Shown here: positions 18,966 through 28,988 of the stretch, piece after piece | Position numbering within the stretch: the first letter of the stretch is position 1 | How the letters are laid out: each line of letters opens with the position of its first letter | Notes under the pieces: generated by a model | What the model saw: only the letters and a program-made list of their open reading frames with translations | What the model was told of the DNA's origin: nothing | Databases searched by the model: none | IMG/VR virus record: IMGVR_UViG_3300042558_003926 | Location: 225,652-289,651 of that record | Direction: 5' to 3' (one strand) | DNA length: 64,000 nt | Translations under genes and position numbers: made by a program

Positions 18966-19202
18966 AATTCTAGAAACTCCTTCAATACACCGTGAGAGAC
19001 TCTCCGAGGTGTAACACATTCTGCTCTGAATATTTTTCTTACGTTTCGAAAGAAATGAATTGCATCAACAATATATAGAGACATAGCCCAATTTCAAAAG
19101 ATAAAAGAGCGGACACGAATTTACGGTCCGCTTTTTTTATGGTTTATTTTTTTATCCCGTGTTAGTGGATTAATTTAGTTGAGTAAATCAAAAGGGTGTA
19201 TT

Positions 19203-19820
19203 ATGGAAAATCTAAGTTTAACAATGGATACTGGTATTTATAAGATACTAGGTCAGATCAAGAAAGCCTTGATCACCTCGCTAATGCTTGGCGGGATATT
19301 TATAGTTCTAATTGGCGTGTACGCTATATTCGTTTCACTACTCATGGCAGTAGGTGTTTCAGCAGAAGGAGCAGGTTACGTTGTGGGTATGATGCCATTC
19401 ATCAACGGTGCATTCCATGCAGATTTTGGTCATCTCTTCGGAAATCTCCTTATACTATTCATCTTTCTCCTGCCAGAGGTAAACCAGGGTTATGATCTGA
19501 AGAAGCTGTTCTGGACCTCAGCAATTCTATCCACTATTTACATACCAATATTCATTCTGGGTCTATCATGGCCGGTAATTGGATCCTCTGGAGTATTCTA
19601 CTTTTTAATGGGGAGATTCATATTTAGCAGAAAGTTAGTTGTGTCTAAGATATTTGCCTATGGATTCTTTTTCCTTATTATGATGGGTGATTTGGGTATG
19701 ATGGCCTCTGACGACGGTGTAGCTCATCTCTTCCATGTGATGTGTGCAGTAATTGGAATCGTAACAGTTACGAGACTAAGTAAAAGAATTCCAGAAGGGA
19801 TACATAAGTTAATAGCATAA
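19203..19820 (+). CDS. rhomboid-family intramembrane serine protease
   Basis: Multi-TM; HADFGHLFGN, GSSG and VAHLFH motifs; start moved to ATG. Confidence 0.7.
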   Translation: MENLSLTMDTGIYKILGQIKKALITSLMLGGIFIVLIGVYAIFVSLLMAVGVSAEGAGYVVGMMPFINGAFHADFGHLFGNLLILFIFLLPEVNQGYDLKKLFWTSAILSTIYIPIFILGLSWPVIGSSGVFYFLMGRFIFSRKLVVSKIFAYGFFFLIMMGDLGMMASDDGVAHLFHVMCAVIGIVTVTRLSKRIPEGIHKLIA

Positions 19821-19836
19821 AAATAATTTTTAGAAA

Positions 19837-20175
19837 ATGATATTCTACGGTATAGCGGATGCACATGGTATAGAGAGTTTCAAACCTCAGCAGTTTGATT
19901 CAGAGGTCGAGCAATTTAATGCTGATCCCAAAGAGCTGTCGATAATGGCATTGAGAGCAAATGCTAATAGACACAGACATGCTGTTGTTTATCAAGCAGA
20001 GGTTGAAAGTCATACGGCTAAAGAGATTCTGGATCTTCTTAAAGATGGAGATTATGTTGAAGCTTTGGTGAAACTAAAGGAGGAGGCAACATCTATAAGT
20101 CTTATGAGAAGTCCAGGAGCTGAGAAGAGCTGGAATCTAATTCCAAACTCAGATCTGGATCCGTACCGAGATTAA
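19837..20175 (+). CDS. hypothetical protein
   Basis: ORF track, co-directional. Confidence 0.75.
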   Translation: MIFYGIADAHGIESFKPQQFDSEVEQFNADPKELSIMALRANANRHRHAVVYQAEVESHTAKEILDLLKDGDYVEALVKLKEEATSISLMRSPGAEKSWNLIPNSDLDPYRD

Positions 20176-20193
20176 CGTTTTAAATAATAACAT

Positions 20194-20469
20194 ATGCCAG
20201 TCAAAGTAAAAGACGAGTACAGAACAAATCCACTAAGTGTGGAGCCAGGAGGACACGAGGTAACTGTAATCCACGAAGGAGGAAAGACCTTCATTTATGA
20301 TAAGGTTAAGAGACCGGGAGCTTATATCAAGGGTATCTCTAGTGTAACTCAAACCAAGAACGGACCAATCATCAAGATTAACATCGACGGTGAAGAGGTG
20401 TGGAACGTGAGACACGATGAAACAGAACCTTGGGATAGTCCAGCTATTAAGAATCTAGGAAAGAAGTAG
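20194..20469 (+). CDS. hypothetical protein
   Basis: ORF track. Confidence 0.75.
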   Translation: MPVKVKDEYRTNPLSVEPGGHEVTVIHEGGKTFIYDKVKRPGAYIKGISSVTQTKNGPIIKINIDGEEVWNVRHDETEPWDSPAIKNLGKK

Positions 20470-20473
20470 GACT

Positions 20474-20743
20474 ATGAAAAAGATTTTAAGAAAAATAGCA
20501 GAAGCGGGTAAGACGATATCATCTGGGAACTTCAAAGCCTCACAATTGTTAATAGCAGTACCGTTAGTTATTTTAGCAGCAGCTATCATACTATCGATTC
20601 CTCTATTACTAGTATGGGGATTACAGCTTTTAGGTTTCGATGAGGTTAGGGTTGGTTTTAGAAGTTGGTTTGGTGCAATCCTTATTATGCTATTTCTAGC
20701 TTATGCCTCAGTTATAAGAGTTAACGGAAATAAGAATCAGTAA
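20474..20743 (+). CDS. two-TM membrane protein
   Basis: Two hydrophobic helices. Confidence 0.7.
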   Translation: MKKILRKIAEAGKTISSGNFKASQLLIAVPLVILAAAIILSIPLLLVWGLQLLGFDEVRVGFRSWFGAILIMLFLAYASVIRVNGNKNQ

Positions 20744-20754
20744 ACTAAAGGAAG

Positions 20755-21027
20755 ATGAGAACTATAGAGTTATATAAAAACCAATCCCAGATGGTGGAAG
20801 GGTTAAAGCTTAGACAGAGTTTAAGCAACATCGTGGAGGATGCCGAGGTGATTGATCTGAAAGCTCTTGGGTATCTCATGCTTCAAAAGGAATGGACAGA
20901 GGAAGAAATTGAATCTGATCTTGGATCAGTAGCTATCGAAGCTCTCCTTGATGAGATTGAAAATGCTGACCACTCTAAGATAGTTACCGTTGTTAAGACT
21001 TTAAGAGATCAAGGGGCAATTATCTAA
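20755..21027 (+). CDS. hypothetical protein
   Basis: ORF track. Confidence 0.7.
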   Translation: MRTIELYKNQSQMVEGLKLRQSLSNIVEDAEVIDLKALGYLMLQKEWTEEEIESDLGSVAIEALLDEIENADHSKIVTVVKTLRDQGAII

Positions 21028-21198
21028 AAAATTGATTCACTTTCGAATATATAAGTTTCCACTCGGAATCTCAGATTCCGTCCATATACACCCAAAAAAG
21101 AAATCCTCCGGACGCCAAGCGACTGGAGGGTTTTTTATCAGAGATTATTTTTTTTCCCAGAACTGGTTAATTAAATTTACTTAACAAACAAACAAATT

Positions 21199-21729
21199 AT
21201 GGGATTAGATATCGTAGCTTACAGCAAATTAGAGCCACAAAGAGATGAAAGGGTAGAAGAGGTTATGCAATCTCTCTTCACTCCTCTTGGTGAAGAAGTT
21301 ATGGAGATTGGGGAAGCATCCGAAAGACTCCGATGTATGGACATGAAGGTTGGCAAATGGCATCGAACAGAGGAGACTAAGGAAACGCATTTCCGAGCGG
21401 GTTCATACTCTACTTACAATTATTTTCGAAATCTCTTATCGAGATGCTTCCATGGGGTTGATCCTAGTGTTATCTGGGAAGATGAGATGAGCTGGGAAGG
21501 TGCTCGTTTCGTCGAAATGATAAATGCTAGTGACTGCGACGGTGTTTATGGTCCGACTGATTCTGAAAAACTTTACAAAGACTTCGAAGAGGGAGAAGAG
21601 TTATTTCAGGAATTCCTCGCTGATAGATTCGAGGATGATGACGAGGGAGAATATTATCTCGACGTTTATCGTAACTTCAAAGAGGCATATGGATTAGCTG
21701 CTGAAGAGGGAGTACTAATCTTCTGTTAA
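21199..21729 (+). CDS. acidic hypothetical early protein
   Basis: MGLDIVAY start; early promoter. Confidence 0.8.
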   Translation: MGLDIVAYSKLEPQRDERVEEVMQSLFTPLGEEVMEIGEASERLRCMDMKVGKWHRTEETKETHFRAGSYSTYNYFRNLLSRCFHGVDPSVIWEDEMSWEGARFVEMINASDCDGVYGPTDSEKLYKDFEEGEELFQEFLADRFEDDDEGEYYLDVYRNFKEAYGLAAEEGVLIFC

Positions 21730-21766
21730 TTTTTTTGTCTCGGAGATTTAATCTAATTTTATACCA

Positions 21767-21979
21767 ATGAAGAATCAAAGTCATATCAACGATCTACTTA
21801 GAACTCAAAAGGTTCTAGCTTCTTGCAACAGTAAGGAGCACGTGGATGCTGCTATCCGATACTTCCGCTTATTTATTAAAAAATGGAAACACTTATTTAG
21901 TGTTGAGGTGGTGACGGATTTGGAGATGAATTTCACTATCGATGTTGCAAAGAAACTAAAACAAATACAATTGAAATGA
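21767..21979 (+). CDS. hypothetical protein
   Basis: ORF behind promoter-like T-tract. Confidence 0.7.
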   Translation: MKNQSHINDLLRTQKVLASCNSKEHVDAAIRYFRLFIKKWKHLFSVEVVTDLEMNFTIDVAKKLKQIQLK

Positions 21980-22278
21980 AAAACATAGTTTACATATTAG
22001 CTTTGTCTTCTATTCTTCTTGGATTGGCTTCATGTCAGATAAAGGAGGAAAAGATCATTAAAGAAGGTGATAAGGAATTTGTTGTTTTAGGTGGAGATAC
22101 TCTTGGAGTAGTTTACGAAAAACACACGGTGATATCATGTGAGAGAACAACCCCTAATAATATCCACGAGGAAATGAATCCATCATTCGACATAAAACTA
22201 GAGAATGGAAGTTCTTTTGAATCAAGAAAAACTTACGAGGTTGGTGATAGCATAATTTATACAATCTACACTAAATGA
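21976..22278 (+). CDS. putative lipoprotein
   Basis: Signal peptide with LASC lipobox. Confidence 0.65.
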   Translation: MKNIVYILALSSILLGLASCQIKEEKIIKEGDKEFVVLGGDTLGVVYEKHTVISCERTTPNNIHEEMNPSFDIKLENGSSFESRKTYEVGDSIIYTIYTK

Positions 22279-22550
22279 AGTTAATCACCATAATAAAAGA
22301 AACCGTAATCGGAGATAACCAAAACCAAGATAAGTTATTCTTTGAGTATTGTGACGAGTATTCAATAGAACACAAAATAATAAACGAAAACTTAGAAACC
22401 TCATCATATCCTGATATAGAGTTTAAATCAGGTCCAGTTGCTTTAAGTAATATGCTAAAGGAAAGATTTGGCTACACACAAGAAGAAATCAACGAGGAGT
22501 TTCCTCAAATAAAAGAAGCCTTAGAAGAAGATACAGCCAATCAAAACTAA
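22275..22550 (+). CDS. hypothetical protein
   Basis: ATGA-coupled; terminator at about 22608-22635. Confidence 0.7.
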   Translation: MKLITIIKETVIGDNQNQDKLFFEYCDEYSIEHKIINENLETSSYPDIEFKSGPVALSNMLKERFGYTQEEINEEFPQIKEALEEDTANQN

Positions 22551-22683
22551 GAAACCGGGTGCCTCTTCCCGCCATAAGAGGATTGTTTGTTTGTTTTGAT
22601 TATGGGAAAGGTCCAGTTTATCTGGACCTTTTTCTATTTGCGTGGATTTATTATTGCTAAGAGCTGCGGGGAAACACCGCGGG

Positions 22684-23517
22684 TTATTTCAACTGAGTAA
22701 GAACCCCTTGAATCTCCGACGGTGAAAGATCTAGTTCCTTATTGTGTAGTACTTTAGATAAACCACCAAAGATAGATTGTGCTAATGTTTTTCCTTTAAT
22801 TGCTGAATCAAATTGAGAACCAACAACAGAACTAGAAGGCATTGATGTTGAATCAGGAAGAGGAGTTGTAGGTATTGGACCTAAAGAACCACTTACTGCT
22901 TTAGCACCTTTAATTAGATCGTTTTCAAATTCTTTAGTTCTAGTAGTTCTGAAGTAATCAATAAATCCATATAGAGTTTTCGAATCCAATTTTCTAACAT
23001 TAACACCAACTCTATCTCCTTCTCCTGATTGCTGGTCGTTAGTGTTACCTTCTATTGTAGTAAATGTTCTTTTCTGCGGATCAACACCTAGGACTATACC
23101 AGTATGACCCAAACCTTTACCAGGTCTACTCATAATAAATATCTGTCCAGGTCTTACTAGGTTAGGATCCTTCCTTGCTTGGTCTATAGTAATCTTTGCA
23201 TCTGCTGGTGCTTTAGTCCAGTGATTCATAACTCCCGCGGTTTTTGGGAGAGGATTCGTTTGACCTAATTGTTTACTTAATTCGTTAAACACGTAGTAGA
23301 CAAAAGCCATACACCAAGGATAGCCTGCTCCTAATCCAGTAGATGCAAGATAAGCTGAAACCATTTGACCTCTGTTAGAACCTTTTGGTTCTTCTTTAAC
23401 ATTTCTGTTTATTGAAAGAATCTTTGCAAACTTGTCTCCATCACCACCTGGGTTTTTTAAAGAGAACTGAGCCTCGTTTACAAAATCGCAAAAGTTCTTT
23501 ATTCTTTTCTCTACCAT
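22684..23517 (-). CDS. CTS-leader CHAP-domain peptidoglycan hydrolase
   Basis: RIKNFCDFVNEA leader; YPWCMAFV, GHTGIV, TIEGNT catalytic motifs; GATATATAG upstream. Confidence 0.85.
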   Translation of the reverse strand: MVEKRIKNFCDFVNEAQFSLKNPGGDGDKFAKILSINRNVKEEPKGSNRGQMVSAYLASTGLGAGYPWCMAFVYYVFNELSKQLGQTNPLPKTAGVMNHWTKAPADAKITIDQARKDPNLVRPGQIFIMSRPGKGLGHTGIVLGVDPQKRTFTTIEGNTNDQQSGEGDRVGVNVRKLDSKTLYGFIDYFRTTRTKEFENDLIKGAKAVSGSLGPIPTTPLPDSTSMPSSSVVGSQFDSAIKGKTLAQSIFGGLSKVLHNKELDLSPSEIQGVLTQLK

Positions 23518-23599
23518 CTCTAGATTATTTAATTATTCTATATATCTAAAAAAACATTGCTTTTATTTTTTTAACACGATAAACATAGATATATTTGTA

Positions 23600-23727
23600 T
23601 CATAACAATCAGCCATTAAGGTATTAGAGTATAAAAGCTCTAAGAGAAACTGTGATTCTCTGCTTTGTTCTGCAATCACGGTGTTTTAATTGGTTAGAGA
23701 CTGGATCCGCAAGGGTCCAGTTTCGTT
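23600..23727 (+). ncRNA. candidate early sRNA
   Basis: TATATTTG at 23590, no ATG; stem 23649-23657/23674-23682 and GCAA-loop terminator 23700-23721, with G-U pairs favouring the + strand. Confidence 0.45.
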
Positions 23728-24576
23728 TTATGCAAGATTGTTAGTCCAAGACCCTACATTAAGAGAAGCCCAATCGCCACCTAATGTTTTTTTGAATTCT
23801 TTAATGTTATCAGCTAGAAGAGCAATACCAGCTTCTGCATTAACATAAGGATCTTTCCAGTTTGCTCCCATAGGTTTAACTACTCCACCGTAATTACTTT
23901 CGGGCCTCATAGCAAATAGACCTTTATATGTTCCTCCTCCTGCTAAAGGGTTTAAACCAGATTCAATCATAGCTACAGTTACTGCGAAATCGAATGGTAC
24001 ATTATACTTAGCACCGAATTTGGTAATAGCATCTTTAACTGCAGCGTTCTTAGGTTGATTGATTGCTTTAAGAGCCTGATTCTGTTTATCGAACCATTTC
24101 TCTTTCCACATGTTAAGGAAAAGTCCAGCAGCAGTCTTCTGATCACCGTTGTCTAATGCCTTAATTAGATCTGTTTTAACTTGAGGTCTATCGGAAGGTA
24201 TGTTACCTACTAGATTAGCATATTTAACACCGCTCTTAGTCTTAATCGTTTCTGGGTGCATCTCACCAGTTCCATTAAGAGCTTTGATTATACCCGTTGC
24301 CCCTGCAAGACCTTGTTGATGCTGCATGTATAAAGCAAAGTCATCGTTTCCGGATACCGGATTAAATACCGTTGGTTTATAATTTGGATCATTAGATCCT
24401 CCGGACACCGATTGATTAATTTGAGTATTAGCTGCATCAGCTGCCTGTGCCTCTGCCTTTTCCCTGTCTATAACTGCCTGAGCCTCTTTTTCAGCGGAAG
24501 CTAAAGCTGCTGCTATTAAACCAGCTCCTGCTGTTTCGTTGACGAATTCATCGTAAGATTTTACTCTATGGGTCAT
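23728..24576 (-). CDS. CTS-leader protein with C-terminal SLT lytic transglycosylase domain
   Basis: RVKSYDEFVNET; VAMIESGLNP...YKGLFAM...DPYVNAEAGIALL. Confidence 0.8.
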   Translation of the reverse strand: MTHRVKSYDEFVNETAGAGLIAAALASAEKEAQAVIDREKAEAQAADAANTQINQSVSGGSNDPNYKPTVFNPVSGNDDFALYMQHQQGLAGATGIIKALNGTGEMHPETIKTKSGVKYANLVGNIPSDRPQVKTDLIKALDNGDQKTAAGLFLNMWKEKWFDKQNQALKAINQPKNAAVKDAITKFGAKYNVPFDFAVTVAMIESGLNPLAGGGTYKGLFAMRPESNYGGVVKPMGANWKDPYVNAEAGIALLADNIKEFKKTLGGDWASLNVGSWTNNLA

Positions 24577-24584
24577 ATCCTATT

Positions 24585-25274
24585 TTATTTTATGAAGGTT
24601 ACAAATTTTTCTGTCAGGTTGCCTGATTTATGAAGTGCCTCTTCATATCCTCTTTTTGTCTTGTATTTAACAAGATCTGAGAAGTCTCCACCGTGGCCAA
24701 GACCACCACGACGGTGTATCTCGTAATGCACATTAGGAGTTTTTTCAAGCGGAACATAAACGCTAAGCTTATTACCTTTTAATTCCATCTTAATAGCACT
24801 TAACAAAGGTTTTGCGTATATCGTTTCAAGATAGGCATTTAGTTCAAGAGTTAGTACATTAAGAAGCTGATGTATCGTATCACCTTTACCTCCGAATTTA
24901 TGTTTAAGCAAAAATCCTGAGCCTGGCCCCTCGTATGTTATATTAAAGTAGTTTGGCTTTTTATCTATGAGAATCTTAGGTACAGTCTTGTTATTAATCT
25001 TATTTACTCCATTCCAGAATTTCTCTTTACCGAACCAAGTCCAGCAATCGTGGTCTTTACATGACATCTCATCATTACGTGACGTTGAAAATTCCGATGT
25101 TGTTGCTGCGGAAGAGGTTGACACCGTTGGTGAAGGCTCAGCTGTAGTTGGTGATGCTGTCTGTGCAGCTAATTCAGCCTTTCTAGCTTCTTCTTCAGCT
25201 TGTTTCATAGCAGCTTGTATAATGCTATTCTCGTTAAGAAATTGTGTAAAAGATTTAATAATGCTGCTGTTCAT
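24585..25274 (-). CDS. CTS-leader protein
   Basis: IIKSFTQFLNEN; Ala/Ser/Thr linker; GGATATATAC upstream. Confidence 0.8.
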   Translation of the reverse strand: MNSSIIKSFTQFLNENSIIQAAMKQAEEEARKAELAAQTASPTTAEPSPTVSTSSAATTSEFSTSRNDEMSCKDHDCWTWFGKEKFWNGVNKINNKTVPKILIDKKPNYFNITYEGPGSGFLLKHKFGGKGDTIHQLLNVLTLELNAYLETIYAKPLLSAIKMELKGNKLSVYVPLEKTPNVHYEIHRRGGLGHGGDFSDLVKYKTKRGYEEALHKSGNLTEKFVTFIK

Positions 25275-25378
25275 CGATACAATAATTTATACCGTATATA
25301 TCCTAAAATTATCCCGAATTATTTTTTTATCCGGGGCTAAGTTGTTATTTTAGCTAAGTAAACCAAAACAAACACCAT

Positions 25379-26389
25379 ATGGCACACAAAGAAGCACAGG
25401 GGCTACGCAAGCCCATGAGCGATGAGGCTAAGGCTAAAATCGCAGAAGCAGTAAGACTTGCTGCTCAAAAGAAAAGAGAGGAAATGGGACTACCACCAGT
25501 TGGTTCCCCGTCAGCTCCGGCTCCGGACTATATAGAGAAGCCGCTCGAGCTCGTACGAATGAGCAACCAGGAATTTCCGGATGATCTCTTCATTCCGATG
25601 AAAACCGGTAAAGCGGTTGACTTCCTATTCACCAACGAAGGTGGTATACCTAAAGCATGTAACTTCATGCTGATTGGAGATCCTGGAGTTGGTAAGTCCA
25701 CAGTTAGCTTGGACATTCTATCCGACCTTGCCCTTGCAGGATACAAGGTCTTGTTTATCTCCGCTGAGATGACCCGCATTGATCTATATGGATACGTTAA
25801 ACGTTTCCCTAAGTTCGGTGAGGTTGATATTCTCTTCATCGGCGAATATTGTGACTCAAATCCAAAAACTGTAATCGAGAAAAGTTTGGAGCCGGGTTAT
25901 GACGTTGTCCTAATCGACTCCTTTGCTGAGGTCCAAGAGGATATCAAAGAGTCGCTAAGGCTTACAACTTCAGGAGCAGAGAAATGGTTAATCGACGCTA
26001 TGGTCTCACACAACCTAGGCAACAACCTTTCCCGTAAGAACACAACATTCATCGCTATCCAACAGGTTACCAAAGGCGGTGTGTTTGTTGGCAGCAACAA
26101 GCTTAAGCACAATACCACAGGTATGATGGAGCTCCGCCTATGTGCCGACAGCAATTCCCCTTACATGGTCTTTGCTAAGAACCGTAGAGGTTCGGTTGGC
26201 AAGCGCATGTTCTACTCTCTATCAACAACTGGTGATGTTCACTATGACGTTAAGAGATTTAGCAATGACGAAAATGCTCGTGAAACTCTAGCTTCGGAAA
26301 GAGCTCAATTGGAGAACGAAGAAGGCTCTTTCGACGCATTATTCGGAATGGGCTTAGGAGAAGATAATGAGATCGGTGGGGATATTTAA
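25379..26389 (+). CDS. RadA/Sms-like RecA-superfamily ATPase
   Basis: Walker A GDPGVGKST, FISAEM, Walker B VLIDSF, KNRRG; early promoter. Confidence 0.8.
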   Translation: MAHKEAQGLRKPMSDEAKAKIAEAVRLAAQKKREEMGLPPVGSPSAPAPDYIEKPLELVRMSNQEFPDDLFIPMKTGKAVDFLFTNEGGIPKACNFMLIGDPGVGKSTVSLDILSDLALAGYKVLFISAEMTRIDLYGYVKRFPKFGEVDILFIGEYCDSNPKTVIEKSLEPGYDVVLIDSFAEVQEDIKESLRLTTSGAEKWLIDAMVSHNLGNNLSRKNTTFIAIQQVTKGGVFVGSNKLKHNTTGMMELRLCADSNSPYMVFAKNRRGSVGKRMFYSLSTTGDVHYDVKRFSNDENARETLASERAQLENEEGSFDALFGMGLGEDNEIGGDI

Positions 26390-26454
26390 TCCCCACTTTA
26401 TTTTTTTTCCTCGGGACTAGTTGTTATTTTAGCTGGTAATCAAAACAAACGCAA

Positions 26455-27549
26455 ATGAAAAAATTAGAAACAATCTCGCAGTCATTATTTGACGCGAAAG
26501 CAGCGGAAGCTGTAGCAAAGAACCCAATCAGAAAGGAGGTTCCTTTAAAAAACATCGAAATACTAAAAGACGACCAGATGCTGGTCGATGGTGTTAAGAT
26601 CAAAATGAACAGGGACGCTTTTAAGTCCATATGTAAAATAGTCGGTCTTCCGGTTGGCTTTGACAAAACCTTCTCCTCCGCATTTGGGGATAAAGCTCGT
26701 CAGGCTTTAGTTAATCGTCTGAAGACAGCGAAGCAGGCTAATGGTTCAACACACGTATCACTCGTGGTAAACCCGGATACACGTCAAATCATTTCAGTTC
26801 AGAAAGATCCACGTGACCTTATCAGCAACTCTTCTTTTCTTAAGACAACCACGGAGATTATAGACCGTTACAATTTGGACGTAAAGGATTTCTCAATCGG
26901 AGAAAATGGATCAGTCGTTATTAATACGGTGTCTCCTAAGAACGTCTGGGGCTTTGAAGGTCTAAAGGACGAGGATCATTTTGGAGGTGCAACCTTTATC
27001 AATAGTCCAGACGGCGGATTTAGAGTATCAAGCTTCCTTCACCGACTGGTATGCGCCAACGGTATGATAGGTACTGGCTTCGACGAAACACTCGCTTTAA
27101 ATCCTTCAGATCCACTCAGCTTCGAAAAGTTCTACAGCAGTCTTAATGAGTTGGCAATGGTTGGATTTAGACCTAAGGGATATGAAAACCGCATCCGTCT
27201 GGCAATGCACACCAGAGCATCACTCAACGAGTTAGAGACAGCGCACTCAGCAATTCGTTCTTTATCCGACGGTATCCACAGAGAGTTGGAAGCTTGGGTT
27301 CCTTACCATAGCACAATGGAAGCTTTTTATAAAGCTGGTATCGATGCGGTATTCCTTAACACCAACCAAAAGAAGTCATCCCGTACAGGAACGACGGTGT
27401 GGGATTTGGTTAACGGAATTACTCACTTTGCAACTCACGATAATGGATTTACGATATCGGACTATGATCGTCGTAGACTTCAGGTAGAAGCATCACGTAT
27501 CTTAACCAAAGATTTCGACATGATGAACATCGTGAAGAGTCCTTTCTAA
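26455..27549 (+). CDS. DUF932-like protein
   Basis: RLVCANG signature; TVWDLVNGIT. Confidence 0.65.
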   Translation: MKKLETISQSLFDAKAAEAVAKNPIRKEVPLKNIEILKDDQMLVDGVKIKMNRDAFKSICKIVGLPVGFDKTFSSAFGDKARQALVNRLKTAKQANGSTHVSLVVNPDTRQIISVQKDPRDLISNSSFLKTTTEIIDRYNLDVKDFSIGENGSVVINTVSPKNVWGFEGLKDEDHFGGATFINSPDGGFRVSSFLHRLVCANGMIGTGFDETLALNPSDPLSFEKFYSSLNELAMVGFRPKGYENRIRLAMHTRASLNELETAHSAIRSLSDGIHRELEAWVPYHSTMEAFYKAGIDAVFLNTNQKKSSRTGTTVWDLVNGITHFATHDNGFTISDYDRRRLQVEASRILTKDFDMMNIVKSPF

Positions 27550-27836
27550 TGCCTATAGAAAGACAAGATAATAAAGAGCTAAGAGAAACCCTCTTAGCTC
27601 TTTTTCGTAAGGTATACCCAAAGGGTAAACCAGAGAAGCAAAAACAAATGTGTGAGGATTTACCCGAGGAGAGAATAAAGTATTACGTAAAGCTTCTAGA
27701 AGATTCTAAGAAGGCCCAAAGATAGTATGATCGTAACATACTCTTGGACGCGGGCCTCGCACGTATAAATTCTCGATTTAATTTTTTTTCCTGAAACCAA
27801 ATCCTTATATTTAAGATAACCAATTAAAAAAAGAAC

Positions 27837-28265
27837 ATGGCAACAAGAAGCAGAATCGCAATTGAAACTCCGGCAGGAAAGGTAAGATCTATTTACTGCC
27901 ACTGGGATGGATATCCAGAACGCAACGGTAAAATCCTCTTTGAGCATTACTCAGATCCAGAAAAGCTAACTAAGCTAATTGAGCTTGGAGCTATCAGTAG
28001 CTTAGCTCCCGAGGTGAGCACGGATAAGCCACACACATTCGATTCACCTGCAAAAGGTGTGGTTGTAGCTTATAGAAGAGACCGGGGTGAAAAGGATGTT
28101 GACTTCGACTACCATCTAAACGCAGACCATTTCTTTGGAGGAGATATTCAAGAGTGGGGATACCTACTTACAAAAGAAGGAGTTTGGAAAGTTAAGTATT
28201 GCGAAGAGGAAATTCGGGATTTGGAAGATGTTCTTAAAGAAATAGAAGAGATGGAATTGGAATAG
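27837..28265 (+). CDS. conserved phage hypothetical protein
   Basis: MATRSRI...SIYCHWDGYP motif; early promoter. Confidence 0.8.
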   Translation: MATRSRIAIETPAGKVRSIYCHWDGYPERNGKILFEHYSDPEKLTKLIELGAISSLAPEVSTDKPHTFDSPAKGVVVAYRRDRGEKDVDFDYHLNADHFFGGDIQEWGYLLTKEGVWKVKYCEEEIRDLEDVLKEIEEMELE

Positions 28266-28451
28266 GTTAGGTTGGATTGGTTATAACGGAGTCCGGGCAT
28301 TTGCTCGGACTTTTTTGTTGTTAACAGGCGGATGCTAATGTCTCCACCCAAACACCGTGGAAGAGTTGGCCGGAGAAAAATATTTGGGATTATTTTTTTA
28401 TCCCAAACTAGATTCTTACTTTTATCTCATAACCAATTAAAACAAAAAGAT

Positions 28452-28886
28452 ATGGGCTTCTTCAGCTGGAACACATGCGATACCGGAGAGAGTATCGCAA
28501 ACGCTTACTCAACTCGACCAACATTCCCGGTCCACATGATTACTCCCGATGGAAGAGTATTTACCGAGGAGAATTATGAAGGGTACGGAGAGTTTGGAGG
28601 TAAGGATTTTCACGAACTTCTTGCAGAGTTAAATGGATTGGAATCTGATCGTGATGCGGGGATAGATCTAACATTTAAGAATAATCCAAGCGGGGACAAT
28701 ACTCCAGGTGTGATTTATCCAAAGCTCGTTGAATGTTTGGAGGATGATGTTGTTACACAATACAACAACTTACCTAATCCAGAATCATGCGAAGCTCAAG
28801 GATACTTCTACGGTGATGATGAAGAAGAGGAGGAAGATGAGTGGGAAGAAGAGGAGTGGGAAGAGGAAGAAGATGATGAAGAATAA
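28452..28886 (+). CDS. hypothetical protein with acidic tail
   Basis: MGFFSW start behind early promoter; poly-E/D C-terminus. Confidence 0.8.
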   Translation: MGFFSWNTCDTGESIANAYSTRPTFPVHMITPDGRVFTEENYEGYGEFGGKDFHELLAELNGLESDRDAGIDLTFKNNPSGDNTPGVIYPKLVECLEDDVVTQYNNLPNPESCEAQGYFYGDDEEEEEDEWEEEEWEEEEDDEE

Positions 28887-28971
28887 ACATTAACATGACT
28901 AGATAACAAGGGATGGACTTAGGTCTGTCCCTTTTTTGTTGTGCTCGGTTTCCGATCAATCTCCCTTGAAA

Positions 28972-28988
28972 CACCGTCGCCGACGGTG
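28972..28988. repeat. CACC-N9-GGTG palindrome
   Basis: CACCGTCG-C-CGACGGTG, perfect, after terminator. Confidence 0.8.

Noticed and set aside
27549-27725. 58-aa ORF coupled to the DUF932 gene
   Set aside because: It contains a strong terminator-like hairpin (about 27574-27605); coding status unresolved, so not listed.
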